A stretch of DNA of 64,000 nucleotides, taken from Octopus vulgaris (Eukaryota). The notes under the pieces are model-generated. The model was not told where the DNA came from, ran no database searches, and saw only the letters and a program-made list of their open reading frames with translations. The position numbers were made by a program, and so were the translations under genes. The stretch lies in NCBI GenBank assembly GCA_951406725.2, contig OX597838.1:1736001-1800000 (forward strand), read 5' to 3'. This document shows, piece after piece, positions 1-14,777 of this stretch (its first letter is position 1; every line of letters starts with the position of its first letter).

Positions 1-151
1 AGAGAGAGAGAGAGACGTTGCTGACTCCGTTACATCAGAAATATTCTGTGTTGTTGCATAAATGTTACGTTTCCCTCGAATACATGCATCTGTATGTATG
101 CATATATGTATATATGGTTATGTATATATGTATACATATATACATATGTAT

Positions 152-193
<42 letters not shown>

Positions 194-285
194 GTGTGTG
201 CATATCCGTGTGTATATGAATGTACACACACACATACGTATATACATGCACATATATACCTATATATAAGCATACATGAATGCCG

Positions 286-325
<40 letters not shown>

Positions 326-996
326 TCGTCTATGTATGTATCTACCTATCTATACATACATATGCACATAGACATACACACACACACACTTATATATATA
401 TGTGTGTGTGCGTGTGTGTGTGCGTGCGTGTGTGTGTGAATATATATGTGTGTGTGTGTGTATATATATGTATGTATGTGTGTATTTCATGCGTAAAAGA
501 CATGAAGTCTAATAGTTCCTCTCTAAATTATCTCAATTTGAAATCTCTCCACTTCACTTGTGATATTTCTATAACAGTTGATGATGTAGAAATATCCAGA
601 AGCACACCGCTTCTTCCCCCCACCCTGCCCCATCGTTCTCCCTCTCTTTGCCATGTCTCCTCTTCCTTCTACCAGTGCACCAATGCATGCGAAACATGCC
701 GATTCAGAAGCGACTACACTTGCGCGCACGCACGCACGTTATTCACCGTTTCCTATCGTGTCTTAATCAGTCACTGGTTCCAGTCTGACGTCTATCAGCC
801 GACCAGAGCGCTGGAAACAGTTCACATACATGCATACATACATAAACATACATACATACATACATAGATACATACATACATAGATACATACATACATACA
901 TACATACATACATACATACATACATACATACATACATACATACATACATACATCGATGCACACAGACACACAAGCACGCACAAACATACATATAGA

Positions 997-2472
<1,476 letters not shown>

Positions 2473-2764
2473 ATGTGTGTGTATATATATATATATACTT
2501 ATACATGTATGTGTTTATGTGTGTGTGTACATGTGTGTATGCGTCTATGTGCATGTGTGTATGAGTGTGTATAAGACCGGTGTTTCGAAGCGACAAAAGA
2601 AGGAAAGCGGAACATTTACTGGGAGGACGGAGGGACTCGTTAGTGACACAGAATCAAATTTATTGTATAAATCGTCGATTGATTGAAGAAGCCGTTAGGC
2701 GAAACTTAAAGTATATCCCTGCCTAAACGCGTCACACATACCCACACATCCACACATATATATG

Positions 2765-2795
<31 letters not shown>

Positions 2796-3263
2796 CATGT
2801 AAAACTTACGCTTTCTGAATTCTGGGTACCTCCCTGTCTGAAGTGTATAAATTGTCTTCAATGAAGACTTATTCTGTTCCATAGATCGCTGTGAGATTGC
2901 TGTAGAAACGTTATATTTCATGTGGGAAGTAGAATTGGTGTGGAATATGTTTCCGCCAGTCTACAGCCTCCTACGTTGTGCTTCACGTTCAGAAACTCGT
3001 TGCGTAACTGACTCGTAAGACATCTCTCAATGTCAGGAATATCAAATTTGAAAACAAGATTAAGAAAATTTGAGAACAGCTTTATTTCATTTAAAGAGAT
3101 TATCGGACATAATATACCTTACATACATACATACATACATGCCTACACACACACACATACATAGACACATACGTACACACAGATACTCAGATACACACAC
3201 ATACGTGTGTATGTTTGTGTATATATGTGTATATATATATGTATGTATATATACATGTGTACA

Positions 3264-3305
<42 letters not shown>

Positions 3306-3560
3306 TATACATATATGCATGTACACATACACACACACACATAGTGTGTATAATATGTGATAAATTATCTTCTTTAATGATATTTAATATTTCTTATTCT
3401 TGAATTTATTTAATTTCGCAAATAATAAGAACTGTGCAGAGAAACGGAAATGCTAGAAGTTAGATCGGTTGTGAAATAAAATGATTGTTGTTATGTATGC
3501 AAAGCGGTGTGTTCCGTGGAAATGCGAACATCCAAATATTGTAACTAGAGGAGATTATTG

Positions 3561-3608
<48 letters not shown>

Positions 3609-3699
3609 CGAGTGTGTGTAATTATGTATTAAGCTGTCAGATAAATTCGTTCTTTCCCACGAATTTTAATCCTTCTTTTTGCGTCACAGTTGTAACCAA

Positions 3700-4750
3700 T
3701 CAGTCAGTAATACTCTTCTTCATTGTTCGCAATTTCTTGCCAGCGTTCCATAAAGTGGCCAATGCCTTGAGAATAGAATTGACCGGGTCTTGACATGAAG
3801 AATTCATCAAGCTAAAGTATTTGAACGAAACACCTGGCAGACTGTTGCAGAGCGACCCCCCAAAGACGTGATAATCTGAAGGTGTTACATCAGGTGAAGA
3901 CAGCGTGTGTCTTAGAAGCTCTTATCCCATCTCTTGAATACTAATTTTCGTCAAACTAACGACGTGGGGCAAGCGTTATCGTGCTGAAGAACTACACCGT
4001 GTCACCGGTTTGGTCGTTCCAGCTGCATTACCCATTTGAACCGGTCTATTTGCTAAACGTAATGCTCTGCCTTAACTGGTTGCTTGTTTTGAAGCCTTTA
4101 GTCGTGCACGAGTCCTTCCTAATCCCACCAAACGCAGAGGAAGCTGCTTTAGCTTAGCTCCAGCTGTTGGTTCTCTGTTTGGACTAATATGTTCTTTCCT
4201 CTTCTTCACATTGACGTAAAGCTACAGATTTCATCACCGGTGACAGTGGGGTAAAGAAATCTGTTTGCGACCCATCTGCCTCTAGTACAGATTGCCCAGA
4301 GGACGACGTATTTCCATTTACCTTTAATTCCGTTCTGGCTACTCTCTGAGCTGCGGCCAGTAGTGTTGTGGAAACCGCTATAAGCACTGCAGCTATACAC
4401 TTTACCTGTGGGGCGTTACCTCTGCTGCAGACTGCTACCAGTTCTCTATTTTGGGGCGGATGGCCCTTAAGTAGTACTTATTCTCACAGACAGAATAGCT
4501 GGGAATTCTGCTCCGCGCTTCTCCAAACATACGACAAACTAATGATATGATGTAAAGCCATGGCGTGAGGCCAATATCTCTTGCTGTGTCCTTGGTGCTT
4601 CATTTTCTCATGTACTGTCGCATCAACCCGTACCCTCGCCATGGCTTTATATGCTTTGAATGGTCTATAGAGCTCTCACATATTCCCACATTAATCAGCG
4701 CTTCCTCCATGTCCTATTCCATAGACATATAAAATACTCTTCCGTCTTTT
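3700..4750 (-). mobile_element. Decayed mariner transposase
   Basis: Minus-strand motifs VTGDE (~4230), GVVLQHDNACP (~3975), SPDVTPSDYHVF (~3862-3898) and FYSQGIGHFMERW, with stops and frameshifts. Confidence 0.8.
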
Positions 4751-5261
4751 AAACAGAATTCTACCACATGTGTCCGACTGAGATACTCTCCTCTTCGCTT
4801 TTTCCAGTCTCTGAACTTGACCGATGGATCGTACTTCTTTTGGGCACGCAATACTTGTAATGATGTGTTACTCTTTTATTTGGCGGGGTACATTCATTGT
4901 TGTCAACCCCTTGGTTAGCAACGGTTGCTGCCACCCAAACACGGCCATATTGAATTACTTGTTTACAGAAATATGTGCACGCGATAAAAATGTTTTGGAA
5001 TGAACCAACTTTTCTATATTCCAGGGTAGCCGGGTGGAGGTTTAAATAGGATGGACGTTCAGAGATTCCAAAACACTTTCTTGCTGAAAAAAAAAGAAAA
5101 GGAAAAAAGAAAAAAAAGAAATCACATTTTTTTTTCAATCAAGAAATCGTGGTTAAATCCATTTTTTTCTCTCTGGGAGATCTGTTACAGGCATCTGTTC
5201 ACGGCAAACAGCAACAAGAACAATAATAACAGTGAAAAAGATTCCCAATAATAATAACAAA

Positions 5262-5322
<61 letters not shown>

Positions 5323-6020
5323 GCAATGATAATAATAATAATAATGATAACAATAACAACAGCAACAACAATAATGATAATAACATAAATCTCTTTCTAG
5401 ACAATATCTCTTCCCTCAGGCAATGCCTATAAAATCTATATTTACTGAACTGGAAAAACAATTTCTGCAACTATTTTGTAATTGGTATCTATTGATGTTG
5501 TTGCTGATGCTGTTGCTGTTGTTTGGTGGCGCTGTTTGTTGCTCTTATTACTATTGTTGTTGTTTTTGTGACTTACTATTGCAGAATATCATACGATATT
5601 CTTGGCATTATGTTGCGGCTGTTGTTGTTGTTGTTGTTGTGACTTTTGGTTTACGATAGTGTTTTTAATGCATTCGTATATTCTAGACATGCACACACAC
5701 CCACACACCCATCCACACACACACATCCCTAGGTGTCTATGTATGTATGAATATGTATGTGTGCACTTCAGCATATATATATATATATTGTTGTTGCTGT
5801 TCATATACAAGTGTGTATGTGTATGTGTATGTGTGAATAATATGTATATATGATATATATACGAATATATGCACACATACATACACACATACAAATATAC
5901 TCACGTATAAACCTTTTTTTTCTCCTAAAACCAAGGGTTGCTTAAACAGGAAACCATCGGACTCATCAACCCGATGAAAGCTGATCTAGGGAAAAGAATA
6001 AACATTTACACATACATATA

Positions 6021-6111
<91 letters not shown>

Positions 6112-6252
6112 TCGCAAATATAAACGTTTGTCCATACATGTATCTCTGGATGTGTGTGTGTGTGTGTGTGTGTGTACATTGTGAATCCAACATACACACA
6201 TATGCACACACATACATAAATGTGTACACATACACTTCTTTCTTTCTGTCTT

Positions 6253-6288
<36 letters not shown>

Positions 6289-6504
6289 TCTCCTTCTCTC
6301 TCCGTCTGACACAAATATTTTTGAGACTTTTTGTTATTTTTATGGCCGTGTTTTTTCTCTCGATTTTATTCTCATATTTGTTGTGGTTATTATTACGACT
6401 GGTTGTTGCTGTTGTTGTTGTTGCTGTAATATAATGTTCTTTTGTGGTCGAAATATCATTTCTTTATACAATAACCATTGTTATTGTTGTTGCTGTTGTT
6501 GTTG

Positions 6505-6665
6505 TTTAACTTAAGGTCGGTCTTGATCCTGCAGACCCATCATGCAGGATGTTCCAGCCGTGACCATCCATCACGTGTCTCTAGGACGATATAAACTGTT
6601 GTATCCTTCTTTGCCTTCTGTATAATTTATAATTTGAGAGGGGTTTGGTTGCTATTGCTAGAAGA
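6505..6665 (-). mobile_element. Interspersed repeat family with (AAC)n tail (SINE or LINE 3' end)
   Basis: Motif gttccagccgtgaccatc next to (GTT)n. Related degenerate copies near 13165-13250, 39285-39460, 43690-43890 and 59765-59855. Confidence 0.5.
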
Positions 6666-6748
6666 GGGAAAACCACACAGAAGCACCTTATTTTGTTTTT
6701 TCTGTTTTGCTAATATTATTGCTGATGTTGCTATCATCATCATCATCA

Positions 6749-6806
<58 letters not shown>

Positions 6807-6811
6807 CATCA

Positions 6812-6899
<88 letters not shown>

Positions 6900-7430
6900 T
6901 CTTACTGTTATTGAAGTTGGTTCATTTTTTTCTGGTTCTTATCATTCCTTGGCTTTTATTCTTATCGATGTGTTTTTGTTGTTTCAATTTTTTTGTTATC
7001 AACGGCTTTTGTTCTTATCGCTGTTGTTGTTGTTGCTGTTATCTAAATAAATTGATAAAAGAATAAAACAAACAAACAAGAAAAACGAAAACCAACTGCA
7101 ATGGAAGAATTGGAGGAGAGAGAAAAAGAAGCGAAAAACGAAAGAAAACACAAAATCTTTAAGAGAAAGAAAATGAAGGCAAATGTTGCCGTATTCTATT
7201 TAACAATCTATAGAGATGGAAGGGCCTTTCTATTTCTGTCGATATCAGCGAGTTATGGCTAAAGAATAAGATGGAGGGGTGGGGATTAGGCTGGGGGTGG
7301 ATGGCGGTCTTGAGTCCTGTACTTTTTTGGGTGGGAAGGGTAAGAAAGAGAAAGAAAGGGTGTGTGAGCAATATTTATGTTCTTTTTCATCCATGTTATC
7401 TATCTATCTATGTATGTTTATCTATCTCTG

Positions 7431-7475
<45 letters not shown>

Positions 7476-7510
7476 ATCTCTATCTATCTATCTATCTATC
7501 TGTCTATCTG

Positions 7511-7566
<56 letters not shown>

Positions 7567-7567
7567 C

Positions 7568-7604
<37 letters not shown>

Positions 7605-8478
7605 GACGCACAAACACAAACACATCCATTTCGCTGTCTGACAGACAGTCTCTCTCTCTCTCTCTCATGGAGAGAGAGAGAGGCATATATATGTGTGTGT
7701 GTGTGTTAGGATTAAGTTACATGTGTATCTGTGATTATATATTTTTTATTGTAGAAAAAATGGCAATTTAAAGCACGGTTTCAAGTTTAATACACATGCT
7801 TGCATAGATTTATACAAACACACAAACGGACACAAACACACATACACAAACACGCACACACATACATACACACGCACACACATACATACATACACACGCC
7901 CACACACACATACACACACGCACACACACACACACTCACTTGGAGATATCATTTAAAGGAAATTCGCGTCGTGCGCATGTTTGGTTCTGCTGTTGTTATT
8001 GTTGCTGTTGTTACTTGAGTTGCAGACGGCATTTCAGCTCATTGCAGCACCCACCCACCCACCGATCGCACAGCAACTCCATACCACCCCCACACACTCA
8101 CATGCGTGTGTATGTTTGAGAGGGATAGAGAGATATAGAGAGAGTGTCTTTGCATTAGTATATATGAATCTATGTGTATGTATACATTAGCTAATCACAA
8201 TTTCATAACTGAAAGAGGCCGTGTTCGTCCATCTTCCCTACTCTGCAGCAAACCTCGTCGTTCCCACCAACCTCCCTCTTGGCCATTTCCTGCCTTGTTA
8301 ACCATAATCCTTTCTGGTATTCCTAAATCTTTTTTACCGACGCTAGAACTATAATTGTTAAGGACAGTGTGTCATGGTGTCATCTCACATCACTAAGGCA
8401 TACCATCCCTCAGTTAATTCAGAGGGTTGAAAAAGAGTTCCCATATTTATTAAACGAAATATAACACATATAGTATTA

Positions 8479-8742
8479 GTATTATATATCCATTACGGCC
8501 GATCTTAGCAATGGGTTTCGAACTAAGTTCAACAGGGTGTTATATACTGCCCTCTGTTGTTGGAGTTGAAAAGACACGTGAGTCTCTTCATTTCCAACAA
8601 TAGAGGGCAGTCATCATAATATCTTCCGTATACGCATTCTCTGAAGAACGTAGAGTTACGTAATCGGGCTGCTGTCAAGCACCCCGTTGAACTGCTTGTA
8701 CGAAACCGATTGCTAAGATCGACTGTAATGGATATATAATAC
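8479..8742. mobile_element. MITE-like element with ~60 bp outer TIRs and an inner 66 bp hairpin
   Basis: 8479-8539 is the imperfect reverse complement of 8680-8742. 8546-8611 is a second, nested inverted repeat. Confidence 0.75.
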
Positions 8743-8817
8743 CGTACAATTCGATTTCTATTCTTTTAGCAAATATATGACTGTATATTTTTCTAACATG
8801 AATTCTTAGACGGTTAT

Positions 8818-8932
8818 CTACAATAAGTACTAGGCTTACAAAGCATAAGTCCTGGGGTCGATTTCCTCGACTATAGGCGGTGCTCCAGCATGGCCGCAGT
8901 CAAATGACTGAAACAAGTAAAAGAGTAAAAGA

Positions 8933-8935
<3 letters not shown>
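8818..8935 (+). mobile_element. SINE family A, tail only
   Basis: ataagtactaggcttacaaag...ggcggtgctccagcatggccgcagtcaaatgactgaaacaagtaaaagag. Confidence 0.8.
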
Positions 8936-8991
<56 letters not shown>

Positions 8992-8992
<1 letters not shown>

Positions 8993-9184
8993 TTTATTGA
9001 AAAGCAGCAGAAATATCACAAGAAAATTTACTCAGAGTTTCACGTTCCCGTTCGTTGGACAGTTTTGTTAGTATGGAACAGAAAATTAGAGAACAAAGAA
9101 GAATGGAAGAAGAATGGAAGAAGAATGGAAACGTGAAACTCTGAGTAACAGATTTTGTGATATTTCTCCTGCTTTTAAATAAAG
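8992..9184. mobile_element. Inverted pair of Penelope-type termini in (TA)n
   Basis: 8992-9050 is the reverse complement of 9127-9184. The left arm extends into a hammerhead-like motif with a mutated core (CCAACGA). Same family as 10363-10490. Three copies of gaagaatgga lie in the spacer. Confidence 0.65.
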
Positions 9185-9644
9185 CATATATATATATATA
9201 TATGAGATGTCAGTGTTATTTTCATTTTTGCGTAATTTAGACGACAGTTTATTCACCGCGCTCTCTATATATTCACTTTGTGCAGTCTAAAGTTAATATT
9301 TCACCCCAAATAGCCAGTATTTAAATCTCTATGTGTATTACCATTTGTACTACTTTGCTCGTATAATACGGTAAGAAACCGGAGGTTGGCTCAGTCACAG
9401 AGGACATGAAGAAAAGAAAACATAAGAGATCGTTTATAAGATATGTACTTTACAACATCTTACGTACGTGTCATTAACAAAAACGATTAATAGTTACGTA
9501 ATGTGACTTATTCAATAAAAATGTAATGTCAAATCTTCAGAGAAGTGAAATCTTTATACATTACACAACATCGTTTTATTTTATGTGACCCTCCTCACCT
9601 AATACAAGATGTAAACAACTTCCTCGAGTTAAGAGAATACGGTT

Positions 9645-9986
9645 GGGCTAATTTCATGATGGTTACTATTGTCAAGAATTCTACAATTAGATATTTACAT
9701 ACGATCGCGCGCGCGCATATGCGTATTCTGCGTATGTCAAGGAACAGTGACGAGCAAAAATTCTTCGCGAATGTAATAAGTTTTCACCGTATGTATTGAC
9801 TATACAAAAATAGACTAATATTGAGGCGTATAAGCCCACGATAGGAAAATGAGTATAAGTACACGTGGGAATCGAAACTGTGAAAACTTATAGCTACATT
9901 TACGAAGAATTTTCACTCGTCACCGTTTCTTAAGAATCGCAGGAGACTTCTATGTCTACACATTTACCACTATGAAATCATAGTCC
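9645..9986. mobile_element. Degenerate MITE-like inverted repeat
   Basis: 9739-9787 pairs with 9880-9931; a weaker outer match links ~9645-9670 with ~9961-9986. Confidence 0.6.
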
Positions 9987-10024
9987 TTAAATTCAACGGG
10001 GAAAATGGATGGAAATATTGGTGC

Positions 10025-10078
10025 GAACGGTAGCTCAATTACAGCGAAAATCAGAGGTGTGGGTTCGATTTCCACTTG
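10025..10078 (+). mobile_element. Isolated tRNA-like SINE head fragment
   Basis: ggtagctca (A-box-like) and gggttcgatttcc (B-box-like), too short for a cloverleaf. Confidence 0.4.
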
Positions 10079-10362
10079 TAATTATAACCCTTTTCTCAGT
10101 CCTTGGTTATATCCTCCAATATCAGACTATTTTCTATAGTCAATATATACGGTAAAAGCTTATACACTACACACACGTATGGTGATGCAAACAAGAAAAA
10201 TAGAACTCAAAATATGCGTACATTTATATTTTTATGAATATTTACCTCAAGTAATTCAGGGTCCGAAATCATGAGTCATTCTGTAGCTTCTGCTAAACGT
10301 TTATATATATATATACATATGTGTGCGTGTGTGTATGTACGTACGTATGTATATTCTCAACT

Positions 10363-10408
10363 AAAACTGTCCGACGAACGGGAATGTGAAACTCTGTGTA
10401 ACAGTTTT
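10363..10408 (+). ncRNA. Minimal type I hammerhead ribozyme motif, Penelope-associated
   Basis: Stem I aaaactgt/acagtttt (8 bp), core CCGACGA, stem II acg-ggaa-tgt, GAAA, minimal stem III ctctgtg, GUA cleavage triplet. Confidence 0.65.
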
Positions 10409-10523
10409 TTCTGATGTCTTTGCAGCTTTCTTAAAAAGCATTATTGCTCTTCCTCGCTATTCGAGTGCTATTTTTTCCATCTTTATGTGCTTACTCTGCT
10501 ATACACACACACACACACACACA

Positions 10524-10602
<79 letters not shown>

Positions 10603-10617
10603 TATATTCATATATAC

Positions 10618-10816
10618 AGGGGGAGAATTCACGAAAAAAAACCAAAAGACGAAGCCAGGTGGTGTAGAAAACAAGCAGATGTATTAGTTTAACGCTCGGG
10701 AATTGAGAAAGTCTTTTTTACGTTTCGAGCCTACGCTCTTCTACAGAAAAGGGACACAGAAAAAAACAAGGAGAGAGAAAAAAATGTGTCTAGTGGCTAC
10801 CGATCTATCATGGCGA

Positions 10817-10858
<42 letters not shown>

Positions 10859-10960
10859 CTCGAAACGTAAAAGACTTTTTCTATTCCCGAGCGTTATACT
10901 AATAGATCTGTTTGTTTTGTACACCACCTGTCTTCGTCTTTTGTTTTTTTCGTAAACTCT

Positions 10961-10963
<3 letters not shown>
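10618..10963. mobile_element. Two inverted copies of a second Penelope-type terminus around a (TA)n tract
   Basis: 10618-10733 is the reverse complement of 10855-10963. The left copy carries a minus-strand hammerhead-like motif at 10713-10752. Confidence 0.65.
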
Positions 10964-11015
<52 letters not shown>

Positions 11016-11647
11016 GTTGGCCAAAAGGCATACGACAATGAATCAAAATTCCATAAATATTTAATATTCAATCTTCTTCTTCTTCTTCTTCTTCGTCTTC
11101 TTCTTCGTCTTCTTCTTCTTCTTCTTCTTCTTCTTCTTCTTCTTCTTCTTCTTCGTTTTCTTCTTCTTCTTCTCCTCCTCCTCCTCCTCCTCCTTCAACA
11201 ATACAGCAGTCGTCGTCCATATTCGCTGCTGGCATTATTAATAGTGTTGTTCTTTTGGCAGTCATCTGTTGTAGCTTGTCAATTAATTAGCGCTGGTCAG
11301 CATTACACCAATAGGAAATCGTTCTAACCGCAAATATAATTATATCTCGTTTGTGGTCGGAAAATGTTCCTTTAAGTGGTGTTCCATTCTTGATTCCATT
11401 TTTCAATAGAATCATTTGTCGTTTAGTGTTTGGTGAAGATTCATAAAACTTCTATTAGAAAGGAAAATGAATAATAACAAATGAGTGGAAGATATTTCAT
11501 AGCACGGCATGACAATATCATTGATATCGTATGTTAATGTCAAAGTGAGCGGTGTCGGTTACATCTTGTTAGACATTTATCATAAAATATGACCAGGTTC
11601 TTAACCGAATCAATGCCGAATAACGCCACACACGTATAAGCAGGCGT

Positions 11648-11678
<31 letters not shown>

Positions 11679-11856
11679 TAAATACACGAGCGTACACTCA
11701 CATACATATATACACATATATTCAAAAATACATAGCTGTCTGTATGCATATATACACACGGGAAAATCTACGTAGTTTTCTCTATTTTCAGTCGTATCTC
11801 TACAACGTCCTGTCTCCATCTCCACCAGTCTGTGGATGCATCTATCTATCTATCTT

Positions 11857-11915
<59 letters not shown>

Positions 11916-11932
11916 GTCTATCTATCTATCTA

Positions 11933-12039
<107 letters not shown>

Positions 12040-12042
12040 ATG

Positions 12043-12076
<34 letters not shown>

Positions 12077-12647
12077 GTGTGTTTGCGTATGTGCATATAT
12101 AAGTTTGTAAGTGTACATATACGAACGTGTGTGCCTGTTGGTATACCTATCTCTGCATATCGATCGCTTGCATTAGTCGCAGATATAGCCCTGCTGTTAA
12201 GATGTTCGCTCCTCACCCATCAGGCTTCAAGCCCAATCGCACGGCCCAACAACTCGCACATAAACTTCGAACTGTCCACTGACTTAACTTAACCTCGTGA
12301 GAATTTGGAAGGTGTTCCGAACTCTATGTCTGTCTGTCTGTCTATCTATCTTCCTGTCTTTTTTTGTTTTCTATCTATTTATCAGTCTGTATGTTTGTTT
12401 GTCTATTTATCTCCTTACCTATCTATCTATAAACCAGTCTATCAATCAATCACCCAATCAATCACTCACTAACTCACTCACTCACTCACTCACTCAATCA
12501 ATCAGTCTGTCTATATATGTCTTAATCAATCAATCAATCAATCACTCAATTAGTCAGTCAATCTGTCTGTCTGTTTGTCTATCTGCTTGTCTGTCTGTCT
12601 ATCTGTGTATCTATATGTTTATAATTTTCTTTCCATATATTCTACAG

Positions 12648-12734
12648 TGACAGAGGGACTGTGCTTACCAGTATGAGTTCTGGTGACTTCTTCGGGGAAA
12701 TTGGAATTCTAAATCTCCACGGAGGAATCAACAG
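12648..12734 (+). CDS. Cngl: CNG-like channel, internal exon A (CNBD beta-roll and phosphate-binding cassette, DRGTVLTSMSSGDFFGEIGILNLHGGIN-R)
   Basis: Acceptor ttttctttccatatattctacag and donor AG|gtgagt. 87 nt, phase 2-2. Encodes GDFFGEIGILNL, the CNBD FGE motif in the form I recall for Cngl-type channels. Splices in frame to 44155. Confidence 0.92.
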
Positions 12735-13342
12735 GTGAGTGAAAAATATGATTTTAACAACCTTGAAATTCTATGATATTCAATTAACTCAGATATTGGA
12801 CTCACTTGTATGTCTACTGGTGAAGGATTTTACTAGAGATGGAGAAGGGGGAAGGAAAGAGTGAGATAGAAAGGGAGAGACTGAGAGAGAGAAAGAGAGA
12901 GGGGAAGGAGAGAAAGAAGTCGTACATTTACTCTATCTCTTCCTGAAAAAGTGTTTTTTACGAAACGTCAGATTTCTCTTATTCCTCCCATAGTAATATG
13001 TATATATGCCTCACTGTTTCAGCACTTCTATTCCTTTGCTTTATGACGGCAATATTTCATTCTTTGTGTCTCTACGAGTCTCACTCGGTTTCAGAAAAAT
13101 GTTAACATTTGCCTAAAACGATCTGTATCGATGCTGTTGTTTTTGGTGGTGGTGGTGGTGGTGGTTGTATCTGGACTTTAAGTCCGTTCTGATGAAATCT
13201 ACTTATTACCAAAACGTTCCAGATCTGACCATCTCTTAATATTTTCTACTCATCTACTTAATTCTTTAATTGATAAGTTGTGACCTGAACAGAATACTGC
13301 AGTTATTTCTATTTGGACGAGTGACCTATATAGTGCCTTACC

Positions 13343-13383
<41 letters not shown>

Positions 13384-14549
13384 GCTGAGGTGAATAAGTT
13401 TGTATCTTGTCAAATTAACCTGTTGACGTTATTAATAATGAGGCAGATAATCAGTAAACAATCTCAATATCGTTTTATATCGTTCAATATTTGCCATGGT
13501 AAACCCTCTTCCCCTACCAACAACATAAATAAATGTGCTTTTGACAAAATGCTTGCATGGAGATGATTCCTGCGGCATTTTATTTTCTAAAACCGAAACC
13601 AAAGAAGCGTTATTGCAGGCCGCAATTTTCTTTTCTCTGAGCGTTAAAGTATTTTTATTAAGTTCAGCTAAAGAAATTGTGCTGGACATACGCCCAAGTA
13701 GGTCATAGTTAAATTTTCACGTATTCTTAAAGAATGGTAAGAACCATAATTGTGGTAGAATAGAATTTCAGTTACGCAGGATCCCGTCTACTTAGATATC
13801 ATATATGTTTTAGAACTTATGGTTATACTATGAGTAATTAACCAAATAGCAGGAATTCCATTTGCCGAAATGTCCACATATCACAATGGATGGGCATTAT
13901 TGGACTCTTACCTATGTGTACCTAGTACTGCACCTTTAGGTTGATGGACGAACAAAGAAAGTAGAATCACCTGCAAGTTCTGCAAAGGATTTTGTCTCTC
14001 CAGTCACTTTAATCCAATCTTTAATCCAATTTTCAAGTTGCATGTGAAATTACTGACGATTTTGGATGTTATTCTTCTGTGATAACCTGCTTTTCTTTTG
14101 CAACAATATTGACTTTTTGCTACAATCGATGCGTCGTTGTCTTAGAGGTATATTTTACAGTTGAATGGTAAGTCTGTTTCCATTGGCATTTCCGGTTTCA
14201 TAGAAATGGAGATGTTACACAAAGAACAGGAATTACCGAATTAAATTAAAGAATTGTGGCAAGAGGTCTTCTACATCAGCCAAACATGTATATCACTACC
14301 TGTCTGAAAGAATCGTGACAAATATTTGTGAACAGCACAGACGGATTCATTGAGTTGATATTTTTATAAACATGACCCAGGTGAAACAACAATTCGGTCG
14401 CCTTCTGCAGATAATAATTCAAAAGAACATAAAATATTGATATAGCTGGCAGTATCCTGAATACTAAATGGAAATAGAAAATAAGGAACGATATTTTATT
14501 CATATATCATTATATGAATATCCGTGTGCGGGCGTATGTGTGTGCGTGC

Positions 14550-14595
<46 letters not shown>

Positions 14596-14681
14596 GTTCA
14601 GTAACTGCAAAAAGAATACCTACAGAAGTTTTGTTGTTGCGGTTGTTGTTTTTGTTCTTCTTTTATCTTCTTCTTCTTCTT

Positions 14682-14777
<96 letters not shown>

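Noticed and set aside
10025-10078. Functional tRNA gene
   Set aside because: No complete cloverleaf; all A/B-box hits in the window are SINE heads.
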